Of a stretch of 64,000 nucleotides of DNA, positions 50,534 to 59,480 are shown piece by piece (positions within the stretch are counted from its first letter, which is position 1; each line of letters opens with the position of its first letter). The notes beneath the pieces were generated by a model. That model worked only from the letters and a program-made list of their open reading frames with translations. It was not told the DNA's origin and searched no databases. Made by a program: the position numbers and the translations under genes. The stretch lies in assembly GCA_964633905.1 (NCBI GenBank), contig CAZWIT010000003.1:67193-131192 (forward strand), written 5' to 3'. This stretch comes from an uncultured Gammaproteobacteria bacterium (lineage in GTDB: Bacteria; Patescibacteriota; Patescibacteriia; UBA1558; GWA2-36-10).

Positions 50534-51331
50534 ATGAAATTAACACCAGAAACAATCAAATTCGCCCCAGCTGATAGCAGTGAAGGCAGTGGACTGGAAG
50601 CAGAAAAATATCAACCTGAACTTAGTTTTAATATTAATCCAGACTATGATAAAACTATGTGCCTGATGTTCTGGCGCAATCATGTTACTGTCCACCCCAA
50701 GCTAGCATATTTACTAGATATCAAAGACGAAGCTCTAGCTAAAGCAGAAATCACTAAATTTGTCGATGAATTTTACCAAAGCCACCAGTCAGAAATTGAA
50801 CAACAAGTACAAAAGGGTCAAGCTGATTGGGCAGAAGTAGAAACTTCCTTTTTTGCTAAAGTTGAAGAAATGTTTCACTCTTATCCTTGGCCACCCAGTT
50901 TACCTGAAAACCAAAATCACTATCAAGCCATGGGCTCTATCTGGAATCATTTTCCTCGTAACATCAAGCACCAACGTTTTAGCATTCCCGCTAATCCAGA
51001 ATTCACTAGACTGGGTGCTAACAATGTGATTGCTCACGAAATGCTACATTTCATCACCTATGACTATTTAGAAAAAAAGTACGGCCTGCAGCCCAGTGAA
51101 TTCCGTGATCCCAAAAATCCAGACAATCCTGATTATGATAATACCTTTTGGCAGTTCACTGAAAATTTAAATGCCTTAATTGAAGATGATCCTGTCTGGG
51201 CCGAATTTATGGATGGTAAAAAAGCTCACATCAAACCCGAGTGCAAACCCTTATATGATAAAATGAAAGTAATTTGGGATCAAAATAAGGATATTGATAA
51301 TCTAGTGCGTCAAATATTTAATTTAACTTAA
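50534..51331 (+). CDS. hypothetical protein with HExxH motif
   Basis: IAHEMLH followed by FTE. Confidence 0.6.
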   Translation: MKLTPETIKFAPADSSEGSGLEAEKYQPELSFNINPDYDKTMCLMFWRNHVTVHPKLAYLLDIKDEALAKAEITKFVDEFYQSHQSEIEQQVQKGQADWAEVETSFFAKVEEMFHSYPWPPSLPENQNHYQAMGSIWNHFPRNIKHQRFSIPANPEFTRLGANNVIAHEMLHFITYDYLEKKYGLQPSEFRDPKNPDNPDYDNTFWQFTENLNALIEDDPVWAEFMDGKKAHIKPECKPLYDKMKVIWDQNKDIDNLVRQIFNLT

Positions 51332-51465
51332 TTTAAACCCCTGCCGCGAGGTAGGGGTTTAGTGTATAGAACATATACACACTGTTAGGTGAAATACATT
51401 TTTTCTTTTCGTGCTAAAATAAGCTATAATTTAAACAATACAAATTTGATTTTTTAAATAAACAT

Positions 51466-51912
51466 ATGACCTTAACACAAGAACAATTAGATTTATTAGG
51501 ACAACGAGCCGTTGAAACAACGCAAGTATGTGGGCAGTCTACATCTTATGCGGTGTCTGAAACGAACTGGACAAACTTGCTGACATTAATTTTAGCCTTA
51601 ATTGTCATTTTGCTATCACTTTTTATATTAGCAAAGAATAATCGTCAAAAAATAAAAGAGTTCTTTACTGACAAAGAAAAATCAAACTATCGATGGCTAT
51701 CAATTTTAATATTAGCGCTTATTTTCATAATAATGTACTTTTTATTTAATTCAACGACAAATTTTAAAAATAACATAGGATCAGCCAATTTTGACTTCCT
51801 ACATAAACGCATGACTATCCATAAATATGGCAATTTTGAAGACGAAGATTCACTAGAAGAATGTTATAAAAAAATTGACGATAAATATAGAGATTTACGA
51901 AACAGTAATTAA
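51466..51912 (+). CDS. hypothetical membrane protein
   Basis: 2 TM segments. Confidence 0.6.
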   Translation: MTLTQEQLDLLGQRAVETTQVCGQSTSYAVSETNWTNLLTLILALIVILLSLFILAKNNRQKIKEFFTDKEKSNYRWLSILILALIFIIMYFLFNSTTNFKNNIGSANFDFLHKRMTIHKYGNFEDEDSLEECYKKIDDKYRDLRNSN

Positions 51913-52016
51913 CTAAAAAATCAAATCCTACTTCTAAAGAAGCCTTACGAAAATTCAAGAAAAAATGTATATCATCTATCACCGCGTATGCGCGGTTTCA
52001 CTGAATAAATAAAATT

Positions 52017-52592
52017 ATGCAAATACTTAAAAAAATTGATAAATTAAACTCGAAACAAGCATTTTACTCTGGTATTATGGTAGGAATATCAATTTTTTGT
52101 TTTGCTGGTTTAATAATTTTACTTAATATAAAATATGAAAATCCCTTCAATGGTTTAACCACCCCTATTCTTGGCATAATGACAGCTTACATTGCATACC
52201 AACAATATAGAATATCACGACATCAATTAAAGCTAGACTTATATAACAAACGGTTTGAAGTTTTTGAATGCATTAGAGATTTATTAATAGAGATACAAAC
52301 AGAAGCCCAGTCTAAGGATAAAAATAAATATTATGACTTTATAATAAAAGCTGATAATTCAAAATTTTTATTTGACCAAGATATAATAAGTTATACAGAA
52401 GATATTAGACAAAAAATTAGCAGGCTTAAATATATTAATATTAGATTAAACGACCAACGTTTATGTATTAGTGAAGAAAGTGAATCTCTAGCAAATGAAA
52501 ATACAGATATACTAGAATGGTTTAATAATGAATTATATGGTGGTATCCATAATAAATTTGCCAAATATATAAATGTAAATACAATTGCATAA
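52017..52592 (+). CDS. hypothetical membrane protein
   Basis: AYIAYQQY...LKLDLYNKRFEVF; very AT-rich. Confidence 0.65.
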   Translation: MQILKKIDKLNSKQAFYSGIMVGISIFCFAGLIILLNIKYENPFNGLTTPILGIMTAYIAYQQYRISRHQLKLDLYNKRFEVFECIRDLLIEIQTEAQSKDKNKYYDFIIKADNSKFLFDQDIISYTEDIRQKISRLKYINIRLNDQRLCISEESESLANENTDILEWFNNELYGGIHNKFAKYINVNTIA

Positions 52593-52761
52593 TTTTATTC
52601 TTAACGTCCGCTCGCCCAAATAATTCTTTAAACTGATAAAATTACTGATTTGAAATAAATTCAGGGTGACAATGACTCGGACAAAAAAGTTGATATAAAA
52701 ATAGTTATTTAAAATAAAAAAGCCGTGGCAGGATAAGTCCCTACCACGACCGAACAACTTG

Positions 52762-53085
52762 CTAGACATCGATAACGATAATATGGTCGGCCGTACCGTT
52801 ACGCCAGCGCGGGTTAAACCTGGGCTGGTAAAAAGTATCCCGATAGAGCGGCGATAGATCATCGTCACACTGGTGACACTCGCTGTCCTCTGTCAGCACG
52901 ACCAGAGATGCCGACGAGCCAAAGCCAGCGCTCAGGGCTAGCTGATAGGCATCCTCCGGCGACAAAGGCCAACGCGCTTTGATTAGATCAGATAGTATCT
53001 GAGCATTATAACCGTCGCTACCAGTTACCACCTTCATTACCACCTGACCACCCGAACGCACCGTTATCAAGCCTTGTGTAGCCAT
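52762..53085 (-). CDS. GC-rich SD-led orphan protein (107 aa)
   Basis: GGAGGTGA SD, TTGACT-17-TATTAT promoter, terminator; MATQG..SDGYN. Confidence 0.75.
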   Translation of the reverse strand: MATQGLITVRSGGQVVMKVVTGSDGYNAQILSDLIKARWPLSPEDAYQLALSAGFGSSASLVVLTEDSECHQCDDDLSPLYRDTFYQPRFNPRWRNGTADHIIVIDV

Positions 53086-53188
53086 CTTTTACTCACCTCC
53101 CTAAAGAACGTGCCCTAGTTGACAGAAAACAAAATATAATAACATAATTAATATAAAAAGTCAATAGTAAACAATATAACAAAACTAT

Positions 53189-53635
53189 ATGGAAATAACC
53201 AGACATTTTACAGCTACTACTATTATTGTTAATAAAAATAGAGCCCTATTACATTTACACAAAAAACTCGGTATCTGGATTCCAGTTGGTGGGCATATTG
53301 ATCGTGATGAGTTGCCAGAAGAAGCAGCAATAAGAGAAGCTAAAGAAGAATCTGGTTTAGTAATTGCTTTATATAATCCTGACAAACAAATTCCTATGGC
53401 TAAGGTCAAACAATTGTTTCGCCCTATGCATATTTTGCTAGAAGATATTAACCAGTTTCACCAACACATTGATCTGGTTTATTATGCCTACTCTGACATT
53501 GATAGTTTACAACCTGAAGCTGGCGAAACTACTGAACTAAAATGGTTTACAGCCAGTGAAATAAACGAGCTAAAAGGCGCGCCAGAAAATGTCAAAGCGC
53601 TTGCCTTAGAGGCTATTAATTTGTTGGGTAAATAA
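53189..53635 (+). CDS. NUDIX hydrolase
   Basis: GGHIDRDELPEEAAIREAKEESG. Confidence 0.9.
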   Translation: MEITRHFTATTIIVNKNRALLHLHKKLGIWIPVGGHIDRDELPEEAAIREAKEESGLVIALYNPDKQIPMAKVKQLFRPMHILLEDINQFHQHIDLVYYAYSDIDSLQPEAGETTELKWFTASEINELKGAPENVKALALEAINLLGK

Positions 53636-53638
53636 TAT

Positions 53639-54163
53639 ATGATTACTCCTTGGCAAAAATTAAAAGAGGAACCCTTTGCAGCTGGCTGGCGCAAACTAGT
53701 GAAAAAAACTTTCCAAATGCCGGATGGCAAAATAAGTGATTTTGATATTAAGGCTGAAAATCAAGCTGTCTGTGTTTTAGCTCTGACCACTGACAAGCAA
53801 GTTATCTTAGCTAAACAATTTCGGCCTGGACCAGAAAAAATACTTTTAGAAATGCCCGGCGGAGTAATTGATAAAAATGAAACTGCCGAAGCTGCTATCA
53901 AAAGAGAGCTACTTGAAGAAACTGGCTACACGGGTAATTTTCAATTTGTTGGCACAAGTTTAGACTGTGCCTACTCTACTTTAATCAGACATAATTTTGT
54001 AGCTACTGATTGTCATAAAATACAAGAGCAAAAATTAGAAGCTAATGAGTTTATAGAAATAGTCACTATGTCTTTGACGGATTTTAGAAAACATTTACAA
54101 AGTGGCGAGTTGACTGATATTGAATCTGGCTATTTAGGATTAGATTATTTAAAATTATTATAA
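53639..54163 (+). CDS. NUDIX hydrolase (ADP-ribose pyrophosphatase-like)
   Basis: QFRPG, EMPGGVIDKNETAEAAIKRELLEETG. Confidence 0.9.
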   Translation: MITPWQKLKEEPFAAGWRKLVKKTFQMPDGKISDFDIKAENQAVCVLALTTDKQVILAKQFRPGPEKILLEMPGGVIDKNETAEAAIKRELLEETGYTGNFQFVGTSLDCAYSTLIRHNFVATDCHKIQEQKLEANEFIEIVTMSLTDFRKHLQSGELTDIESGYLGLDYLKLL

Positions 54164-54165
54164 AT

Positions 54166-54621
54166 ATGAAAATATCCAGTCCTGCTTTTAAGCATAATCA
54201 ATCCATACCTGAAAACTACACTTGCGATGGCGCTAATATTAATCCTCCTTTACAAATTAGTGAGGCGCCTAAGCAAGCTAAAAGTTTGGTTTTAATTATG
54301 GATGATCCTGATGTGCCGAAATTTGTCAGAGAAGATGGCTTGTGGGTACACTGGCTAGTATGGAATATTGATCCTAAAACTACCCTGATACCAGAAAACA
54401 CTCCGGCTATTGGCGTAGTAGGAATAAACACTCGTGGTCTTAATGCTTATGGTGGCCCTTGCCCACCTGATCAAGAGCACCGTTATTTTTTTAAGCTCTA
54501 TGCCTTAGATATAGTTTTAAAGCTTGATAGTTCCAGCGACAAAAATCAACTAGAGCAAGCCATGTTAGGGCACATTATCGAACAAACTGAATTAATTGGT
54601 TTATATAATAGAAAAAAATAA
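54166..54621 (+). CDS. YbhB/YbcL (PEBP) family protein
   Basis: DDPD, HW, YGGPCPP, HRYFFKLYALD. Confidence 0.92.
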   Translation: MKISSPAFKHNQSIPENYTCDGANINPPLQISEAPKQAKSLVLIMDDPDVPKFVREDGLWVHWLVWNIDPKTTLIPENTPAIGVVGINTRGLNAYGGPCPPDQEHRYFFKLYALDIVLKLDSSSDKNQLEQAMLGHIIEQTELIGLYNRKK

Positions 54622-54636
54622 AAATTTAATAAGATC

Positions 54637-55269
54637 ATGATTGATTTAGAAACATTAGAAAAAGGTTTGGCTGTCGATATTGATGAGACTCTGTCTTGGA
54701 CAATCGGACACTTGATTGAAAAAATGCAAGAAAATTTTGGTAATCCGGAAAATCTCTCTGTCAAAGAAATGGCCGAAAAATATCGCTATACCCAAAATAT
54801 CCCCTATTGGCAATCGACTGAGGCACTACAATGGCTTGATGAAAAAATACACTCCAACGAAATGCAAGAAGAGCTGCCTTTGATTGCTGATGCTAACATA
54901 CATCTAAATCATATTGCCAAAATAATCCCAATCTCAGCTTATATTACGGTGAGACCAGAATCCATAGAAGCTGGCACCAAAAAATGGCTGGCCAAACACA
55001 ATTTTCCTCAAGCGCCGATTATCTTTAGACCAAAAGAAATTAAGCATCAAGACGGAAACAAATGGAAAGCTGGTATTTTAAAAACTTTATACCCCAAAGT
55101 ACTGGGTATTATTGATGACAATGCTAAATTATTAGAATTTTTAGATCAAGATTACCCCGGCACTATTTTTTTGTATGACCACGAAAGTGCTAACAGTACT
55201 GCACACGTTATACCCTGTAAAAATTGGCTTAGAGTTTTCGCTGAAGTAAAAAAACATTTTAATAAATAA
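54637..55269 (+). CDS. HAD-family 5'(3')-deoxyribonucleotidase-like protein
   Basis: AVDIDETL, ITVR, IIDD. Confidence 0.75.
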   Translation: MIDLETLEKGLAVDIDETLSWTIGHLIEKMQENFGNPENLSVKEMAEKYRYTQNIPYWQSTEALQWLDEKIHSNEMQEELPLIADANIHLNHIAKIIPISAYITVRPESIEAGTKKWLAKHNFPQAPIIFRPKEIKHQDGNKWKAGILKTLYPKVLGIIDDNAKLLEFLDQDYPGTIFLYDHESANSTAHVIPCKNWLRVFAEVKKHFNK

Positions 55270-55378
55270 AAATTTGAAAATTTTAAGATTGTCCTTTATA
55301 ATATCATACCAGCAGTTATTGAATAAAAAATTATCATACTACCTGCTACTTTATTAAAAAGCCTAATCATAGAAACAC

Positions 55379-55813
55379 ATGATCAGTTTTAAAACCAACC
55401 AACCCGAAGCCGAACAAATTTATACCCAGCGCCCTGGCGCCTATGGCATCCTAGCCAACGACCGTAATCTACTGGCTATAGTCAAAACTAGTCGCGGCTA
55501 TTTTTTACCTGGTGGCGGCATCGAAGCCAACGAATCAGAAGAAGAATGCTTAATCAGAGAATTTATAGAAGAAATTGGTATTAAAATAAAAATAAAAGAA
55601 AAAATCTGCAGTGGTGATTGTTATTTTTATGCCACTACTTCTAATAAATATATCGAAAGTTTGGGACAATTTTACAAGTGCGAAATTGAAGAAATATTAA
55701 ATGTAGCCACTGAAGTTGATCACGAATTAGTTTGGCTAGATCCTAATGAAGCCATCCAACTATTATATTTAGATAACCAAAAAAGAGCTGTCCAAATATT
55801 TTTAGAAAATTAA
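55379..55813 (+). CDS. NUDIX hydrolase
   Basis: PGGGIEANESEEECLIREFIEEIG. Confidence 0.9.
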   Translation: MISFKTNQPEAEQIYTQRPGAYGILANDRNLLAIVKTSRGYFLPGGGIEANESEEECLIREFIEEIGIKIKIKEKICSGDCYFYATTSNKYIESLGQFYKCEIEEILNVATEVDHELVWLDPNEAIQLLYLDNQKRAVQIFLEN

Positions 55814-55866
55814 AAAGGATTCTGCCAAAAAAGCAGAACCCAAAATATTGTCACTTTAGCTACTGA

Positions 55867-56148
55867 TTAAAAATTATTTCTCTCTGCCAACCATTTTCTG
55901 GAACGATCACGATCAATCCGCACTTGGAATCTACTGACGCCAACCCTTTTATAAAAAGTGCCGCTATGCCGCGGAAATTCCAGCTCTACTGTAGTTGATA
56001 AGCAGCTAAAAACAAATGACTTCATAAAATGACGAAACAGTTCTCTGGCTGCACCAAAAGAAATACCATGCTCTTTAGAGAGAATTTCCAAATAATCATG
56101 ATAAAGTGCAATATATTCATCAACTGTAAAAGTACGACGTTTATCCAC
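55867..56148 (-). CDS. SD-led orphan protein (93 aa)
   Basis: AAAGGGG before GTG; terminator downstream. Confidence 0.55.
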   Translation of the reverse strand: MDKRRTFTVDEYIALYHDYLEILSKEHGISFGAARELFRHFMKSFVFSCLSTTVELEFPRHSGTFYKRVGVSRFQVRIDRDRSRKWLAERNNF

Positions 56149-56255
56149 GCTAATTGCCCCTTTCTAACCTGAGGTCAAAACCTAAGCGGGATTTAACTAC
56201 TATAGACTAGACCAAAAAAATAATATTGACAAGTAAAATAATTAAAATAATATTT

Positions 56256-56561
56256 ATGTCTTTTGAAGAAATACCAATGGAGGGCAATATTAGCCAAGCT
56301 CAATTTCTAGTTAAGGTCGCTAACATAAAGCCAGAAGATATTGAAACTTTTAAAGCTAAGTTAGGCGACATTGAAAAAGATATGCTGGAAATAATGCCTT
56401 TTGAAGAAAAACAAATTGTCGTTGCCATGGATAGTTTAAACGATGAAGAATTAGATCGTCTACTGGCTTATAAAAAAAGATTAATCGGTGTCCATGATTT
56501 AAATGGCTATCTTGGGACAATATATGCCCTCACCCAAAATTCCCGTTATCAAAATCGCTAA
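56256..56561 (+). CDS. hypothetical protein
   Basis: MSFEEIP... ORF. Confidence 0.55.
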   Translation: MSFEEIPMEGNISQAQFLVKVANIKPEDIETFKAKLGDIEKDMLEIMPFEEKQIVVAMDSLNDEELDRLLAYKKRLIGVHDLNGYLGTIYALTQNSRYQNR

Positions 56562-56634
56562 AATAAAAACCCGTTGCCTGTGCTAATAGCAAACAGTCAA
56601 CGGGCCGATAGTCTCTGAAAGGTCATCTTGCCTC

Positions 56635-56757
56635 TCAACTTTTGTCCTTCAAGGGTGCTTGGGGGGTAGGCAAACTACCTAATACGCAGACAGCTCTGAC
56701 AGTGAATAAAACAAAGGCTACCAACAAGGTAGTGATTACCGTTAACAAGACAGTCAT
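56635..56757 (-). CDS. SD-led 40-aa membrane microprotein (absent from ORF track)
   Basis: AAGGAGG SD; MTVLLTVITTLLVAFVLFTVRAVCVLGSLPTPQAPLKDKS; terminator. Confidence 0.65.
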   Translation of the reverse strand: MTVLLTVITTLLVAFVLFTVRAVCVLGSLPTPQAPLKDKS

Positions 56758-56972
56758 ATGCTCCCTCCTTTGTCTTGGACCAAAGACTAGTTTAAATCAA
56801 AACCAGAAACTACAAAAAATGAAATTGTTATCAAACTACTAGTCTGAAAACTAGGCTCCTAATTAAAAGTACACATAGACTACAATCAAATTTAAGCATA
56901 TAAATGACAAAAATAAAAGAGGCGGTCTTAGACCACCTCAAAGTAAATAAGATATAAAGAACTATTTGTTAG

Positions 56973-57107
56973 CTAGCCCCAGCGATAAGCCGCAACAGCC
57001 AAGAGTGCCGATGCCAGCAAAAACAAGAGGATATTACGCGCCCGACAACGCAGCTGACGATCGCGTCTGTGCTCCTGGAACTCCATTTGCCTGTCGTAGA
57101 TCTTCAT
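56973..57107 (-). CDS. SD-led GC-rich 44-aa membrane microprotein (absent from ORF track)
   Basis: TTGACA-17-TATATT promoter, AGGAGG SD; MKIYDRQMEFQEHRRDRQLRCRARNILLFLLASALLAVAAYRWG. Confidence 0.7.
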   Translation of the reverse strand: MKIYDRQMEFQEHRRDRQLRCRARNILLFLLASALLAVAAYRWG

Positions 57108-57232
57108 TTTCTGCCTCCTAGCTAAGGGTTTAGCAGGCTCTAGCGGGAACGTTCAAACTGCCCTATAATATAAGCCAAACTAAAAACCTTGTCAATTATT
57201 GTTTTATTAAAAAACTAAGCTTTTAAGCAACT

Positions 57233-57814
57233 ATGCCCAAAACTATTAACCACGATTTATGTTTACAATGTAGCCAGTATCGACAGACTTGTTGTAATTT
57301 TACTGATCATTATATACCGCTCTTAATAGAAGATATGCAAAAAATTCTTGCCCTAGGCTACAAAGTACAAGATTTTATGGTAGCGTCTGAATTTGAAGAA
57401 GATGACTTAAGCGAAGAAGAAGATTGGTGGAAACAAAGTTTAGTCAAAATAGCAGATAAATATTATCAGATCAGTATTTTGTCCAAAGGTGAAGCCGGTT
57501 GCTTATTTTTAAAAAATGGACAAGGATGCACCTTAGGAAAACAAAGACCTGCTATTTGCCGACTTTACCCATTTTGGTTTGACAAAAATAAACAACTTAA
57601 GTATCAAGATGATTTTTGCGAAGCCTACAAACAAAAAATATCTTTTGAGGACTGTATGAAAATCATGGGAGAAAAAGAAGAAGACATCAAAGAATACTAT
57701 GCTAAAATAAGAACTGATTTTATTCAAAAAAAACCTAAATACGAACAATTAACTAAATTACTGCTTGATAAAAAATATGATGATTTGGAAAAAATTATAA
57801 AAAGTGAAAATTAA
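57233..57814 (+). CDS. YkgJ family cysteine-cluster protein
   Basis: CxxC..CC, CLFL..GC...RPAICRLYPF. Confidence 0.85.
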   Translation: MPKTINHDLCLQCSQYRQTCCNFTDHYIPLLIEDMQKILALGYKVQDFMVASEFEEDDLSEEEDWWKQSLVKIADKYYQISILSKGEAGCLFLKNGQGCTLGKQRPAICRLYPFWFDKNKQLKYQDDFCEAYKQKISFEDCMKIMGEKEEDIKEYYAKIRTDFIQKKPKYEQLTKLLLDKKYDDLEKIIKSEN

Positions 57815-57825
57815 ACCCCTAAAAT

Positions 57826-58383
57826 ATGTCTGAGCAACAAAAAAATAAATGGCCAGGACAAATTCAGGTTTATACTGGTAATAGCAAAGGTAAAACGACT
57901 GCTGCTTTGGGTCTTGCTATCCGCGCTTTGGGCTATGGTCTAAAAGTTGGCATTATCTTTTTTGATAAAGGTGGTGATTATTATCACGAAAGGAAAACTT
58001 TAAAGCAGTTAAATCATCCTAATCTAGATTTTCAAGCCTTTGGCCTGCCTCGCATGACTGGTGGTCGCTTCCGTTTTGATAATTTACCAGGCGATATTAG
58101 CGAAGCTGAAGCAGCTCTGCAAACTGCTGAAAATTGGTTTAAAGATAATAGTTTTGACTTAATAATTTTAGACGAAATCAACACTACTATAGCTACTGAC
58201 TTGCTAAAATTAGACAGTATTGTAAACTTGATTAAGTCAAAGCCTCAAGCCTTAGAATTAGTTCTAACTGGACGCTATTGCCCCGAAGAAATTATTAAAC
58301 TAGCTGACTTAGTAACTGAAATGAACCCAATTAAACATTATATGGATAAAGGCTTAGACGCCCGTCCTGGCATTGAATATTAA
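57826..58383 (+). CDS. btuR: cob(I)alamin adenosyltransferase (BtuR/CobO)
   Basis: VYTGNSKGKTTAALGLAIRA, LDEI, LTGR, GIEY. Confidence 0.93.
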   Translation: MSEQQKNKWPGQIQVYTGNSKGKTTAALGLAIRALGYGLKVGIIFFDKGGDYYHERKTLKQLNHPNLDFQAFGLPRMTGGRFRFDNLPGDISEAEAALQTAENWFKDNSFDLIILDEINTTIATDLLKLDSIVNLIKSKPQALELVLTGRYCPEEIIKLADLVTEMNPIKHYMDKGLDARPGIEY

Positions 58384-58392
58384 CTTATACCT

Positions 58393-58833
58393 ATGTTAAA
58401 AAAAACAAACTTAATTATATTTATTTTATTGTTAATTGCCGTTATTGGTTTATGGCAAAGCACTTATCAAAGTAAAAAAACCCAACCCAGCAATGAACAG
58501 TTAACTGGGCAAACTCAGGGCAACATTAATGTTAAATTTTCCTTTTCTGAAAACGAAATTGTCAGCCTCTCTCATCCTTATGCCGAAAATATCTCTGCTA
58601 ACTTAGTTACTATCACCCAAAGCCTAACTCAGCAACAAACCTGGGAATTTGAATCAAAAGATTATGGTGAAATGGGCGTCTTGGTCACAAAAATTGGTAA
58701 CAAGAGCAATGGTCAAGAACAAAAATACTGGCAATTTTATGTTAATGGCGAACAACCAATGATGTCAGCTGATAAATTCTCCCCAAAAAATGGCGACCAA
58801 ATAGAATGGCGCTTTGCGGAATCAAAATTTTAA
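58393..58833 (+). CDS. DUF4430 (transcobalamin C-terminal-like) anchored protein
   Basis: GVLVTKIG...YWQFYVNG...GDQIEWRF. Confidence 0.85.
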   Translation: MLKKTNLIIFILLLIAVIGLWQSTYQSKKTQPSNEQLTGQTQGNINVKFSFSENEIVSLSHPYAENISANLVTITQSLTQQQTWEFESKDYGEMGVLVTKIGNKSNGQEQKYWQFYVNGEQPMMSADKFSPKNGDQIEWRFAESKF

Positions 58834-58851
58834 TTTTTACCAATAATAGAT

Positions 58852-59370
58852 ATGAATAATAAAAATCTTTGGCTAATAATAACCTTAAGCATTCTAGCCC
58901 TACTCGCGCGTCTAATTTGGCATTTGCCAAACTTCTCGCCCTTGGCTAGCTTGATCTTATTTGCTGGCTACTACACACCAAAAAAATATTGGCCCTTACC
59001 ATTTATTAGTTTATTTATTTCTGATTTAATTATTGGTTTTTACGCTTGGCCAGTAATGTTATCGGTTTATATTGCTTCTGCTTTTAATTTATACCTAGGT
59101 CGTTTACTACAAAAAAATAGTAATGCCATAAATATTGCCAGCAGCACTCTAGCATCTGCCTTGATATTTTTCTTGATTACCAACTTGGCTGTTTGGGCTA
59201 GTGGCGATTGGTATGCTCACAACCTAAACGGACTATACCTCTGCTTTGCCTTAGCAATACCATTTTTTAAAACTACTTTGCTCAGCAATATTTTATACAC
59301 TGGCCTGATATTTACCCCTATTAAATTGATTGAAACTATCCGCCATAAACAAGCCTTGACTAACAAATAA
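58852..59370 (+). CDS. DUF6580-like putative B12 transport membrane protein
   Basis: HLPNFSPL, SD, FFLITNLAVW, AIPFF. Confidence 0.8.
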   Translation: MNNKNLWLIITLSILALLARLIWHLPNFSPLASLILFAGYYTPKKYWPLPFISLFISDLIIGFYAWPVMLSVYIASAFNLYLGRLLQKNSNAINIASSTLASALIFFLITNLAVWASGDWYAHNLNGLYLCFALAIPFFKTTLLSNILYTGLIFTPIKLIETIRHKQALTNK

Positions 59371-59480
59371 CTTTTACAAAATCAAATAACTCAAACCGCC
59401 TAAAAAGCGGTTTTTTTATTATTGATAAATATGTTATAATATAAATAAGCGATAATAAAAATAAAATTAACTAAAGCAAG

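Noticed and set aside
51380-52610. Possible integron cassette (GTTAGGT at about 51384)
   Set aside because: No matching inverse core site or attC stem found
56642-56842. 66-aa + strand ORF
   Set aside because: Antisense to the SD-led 40-aa gene
57110-57232. Cobalamin riboswitch before the B12 operon
   Set aside because: Too short, no B12 box, and occupied by the divergent microgene's promoter
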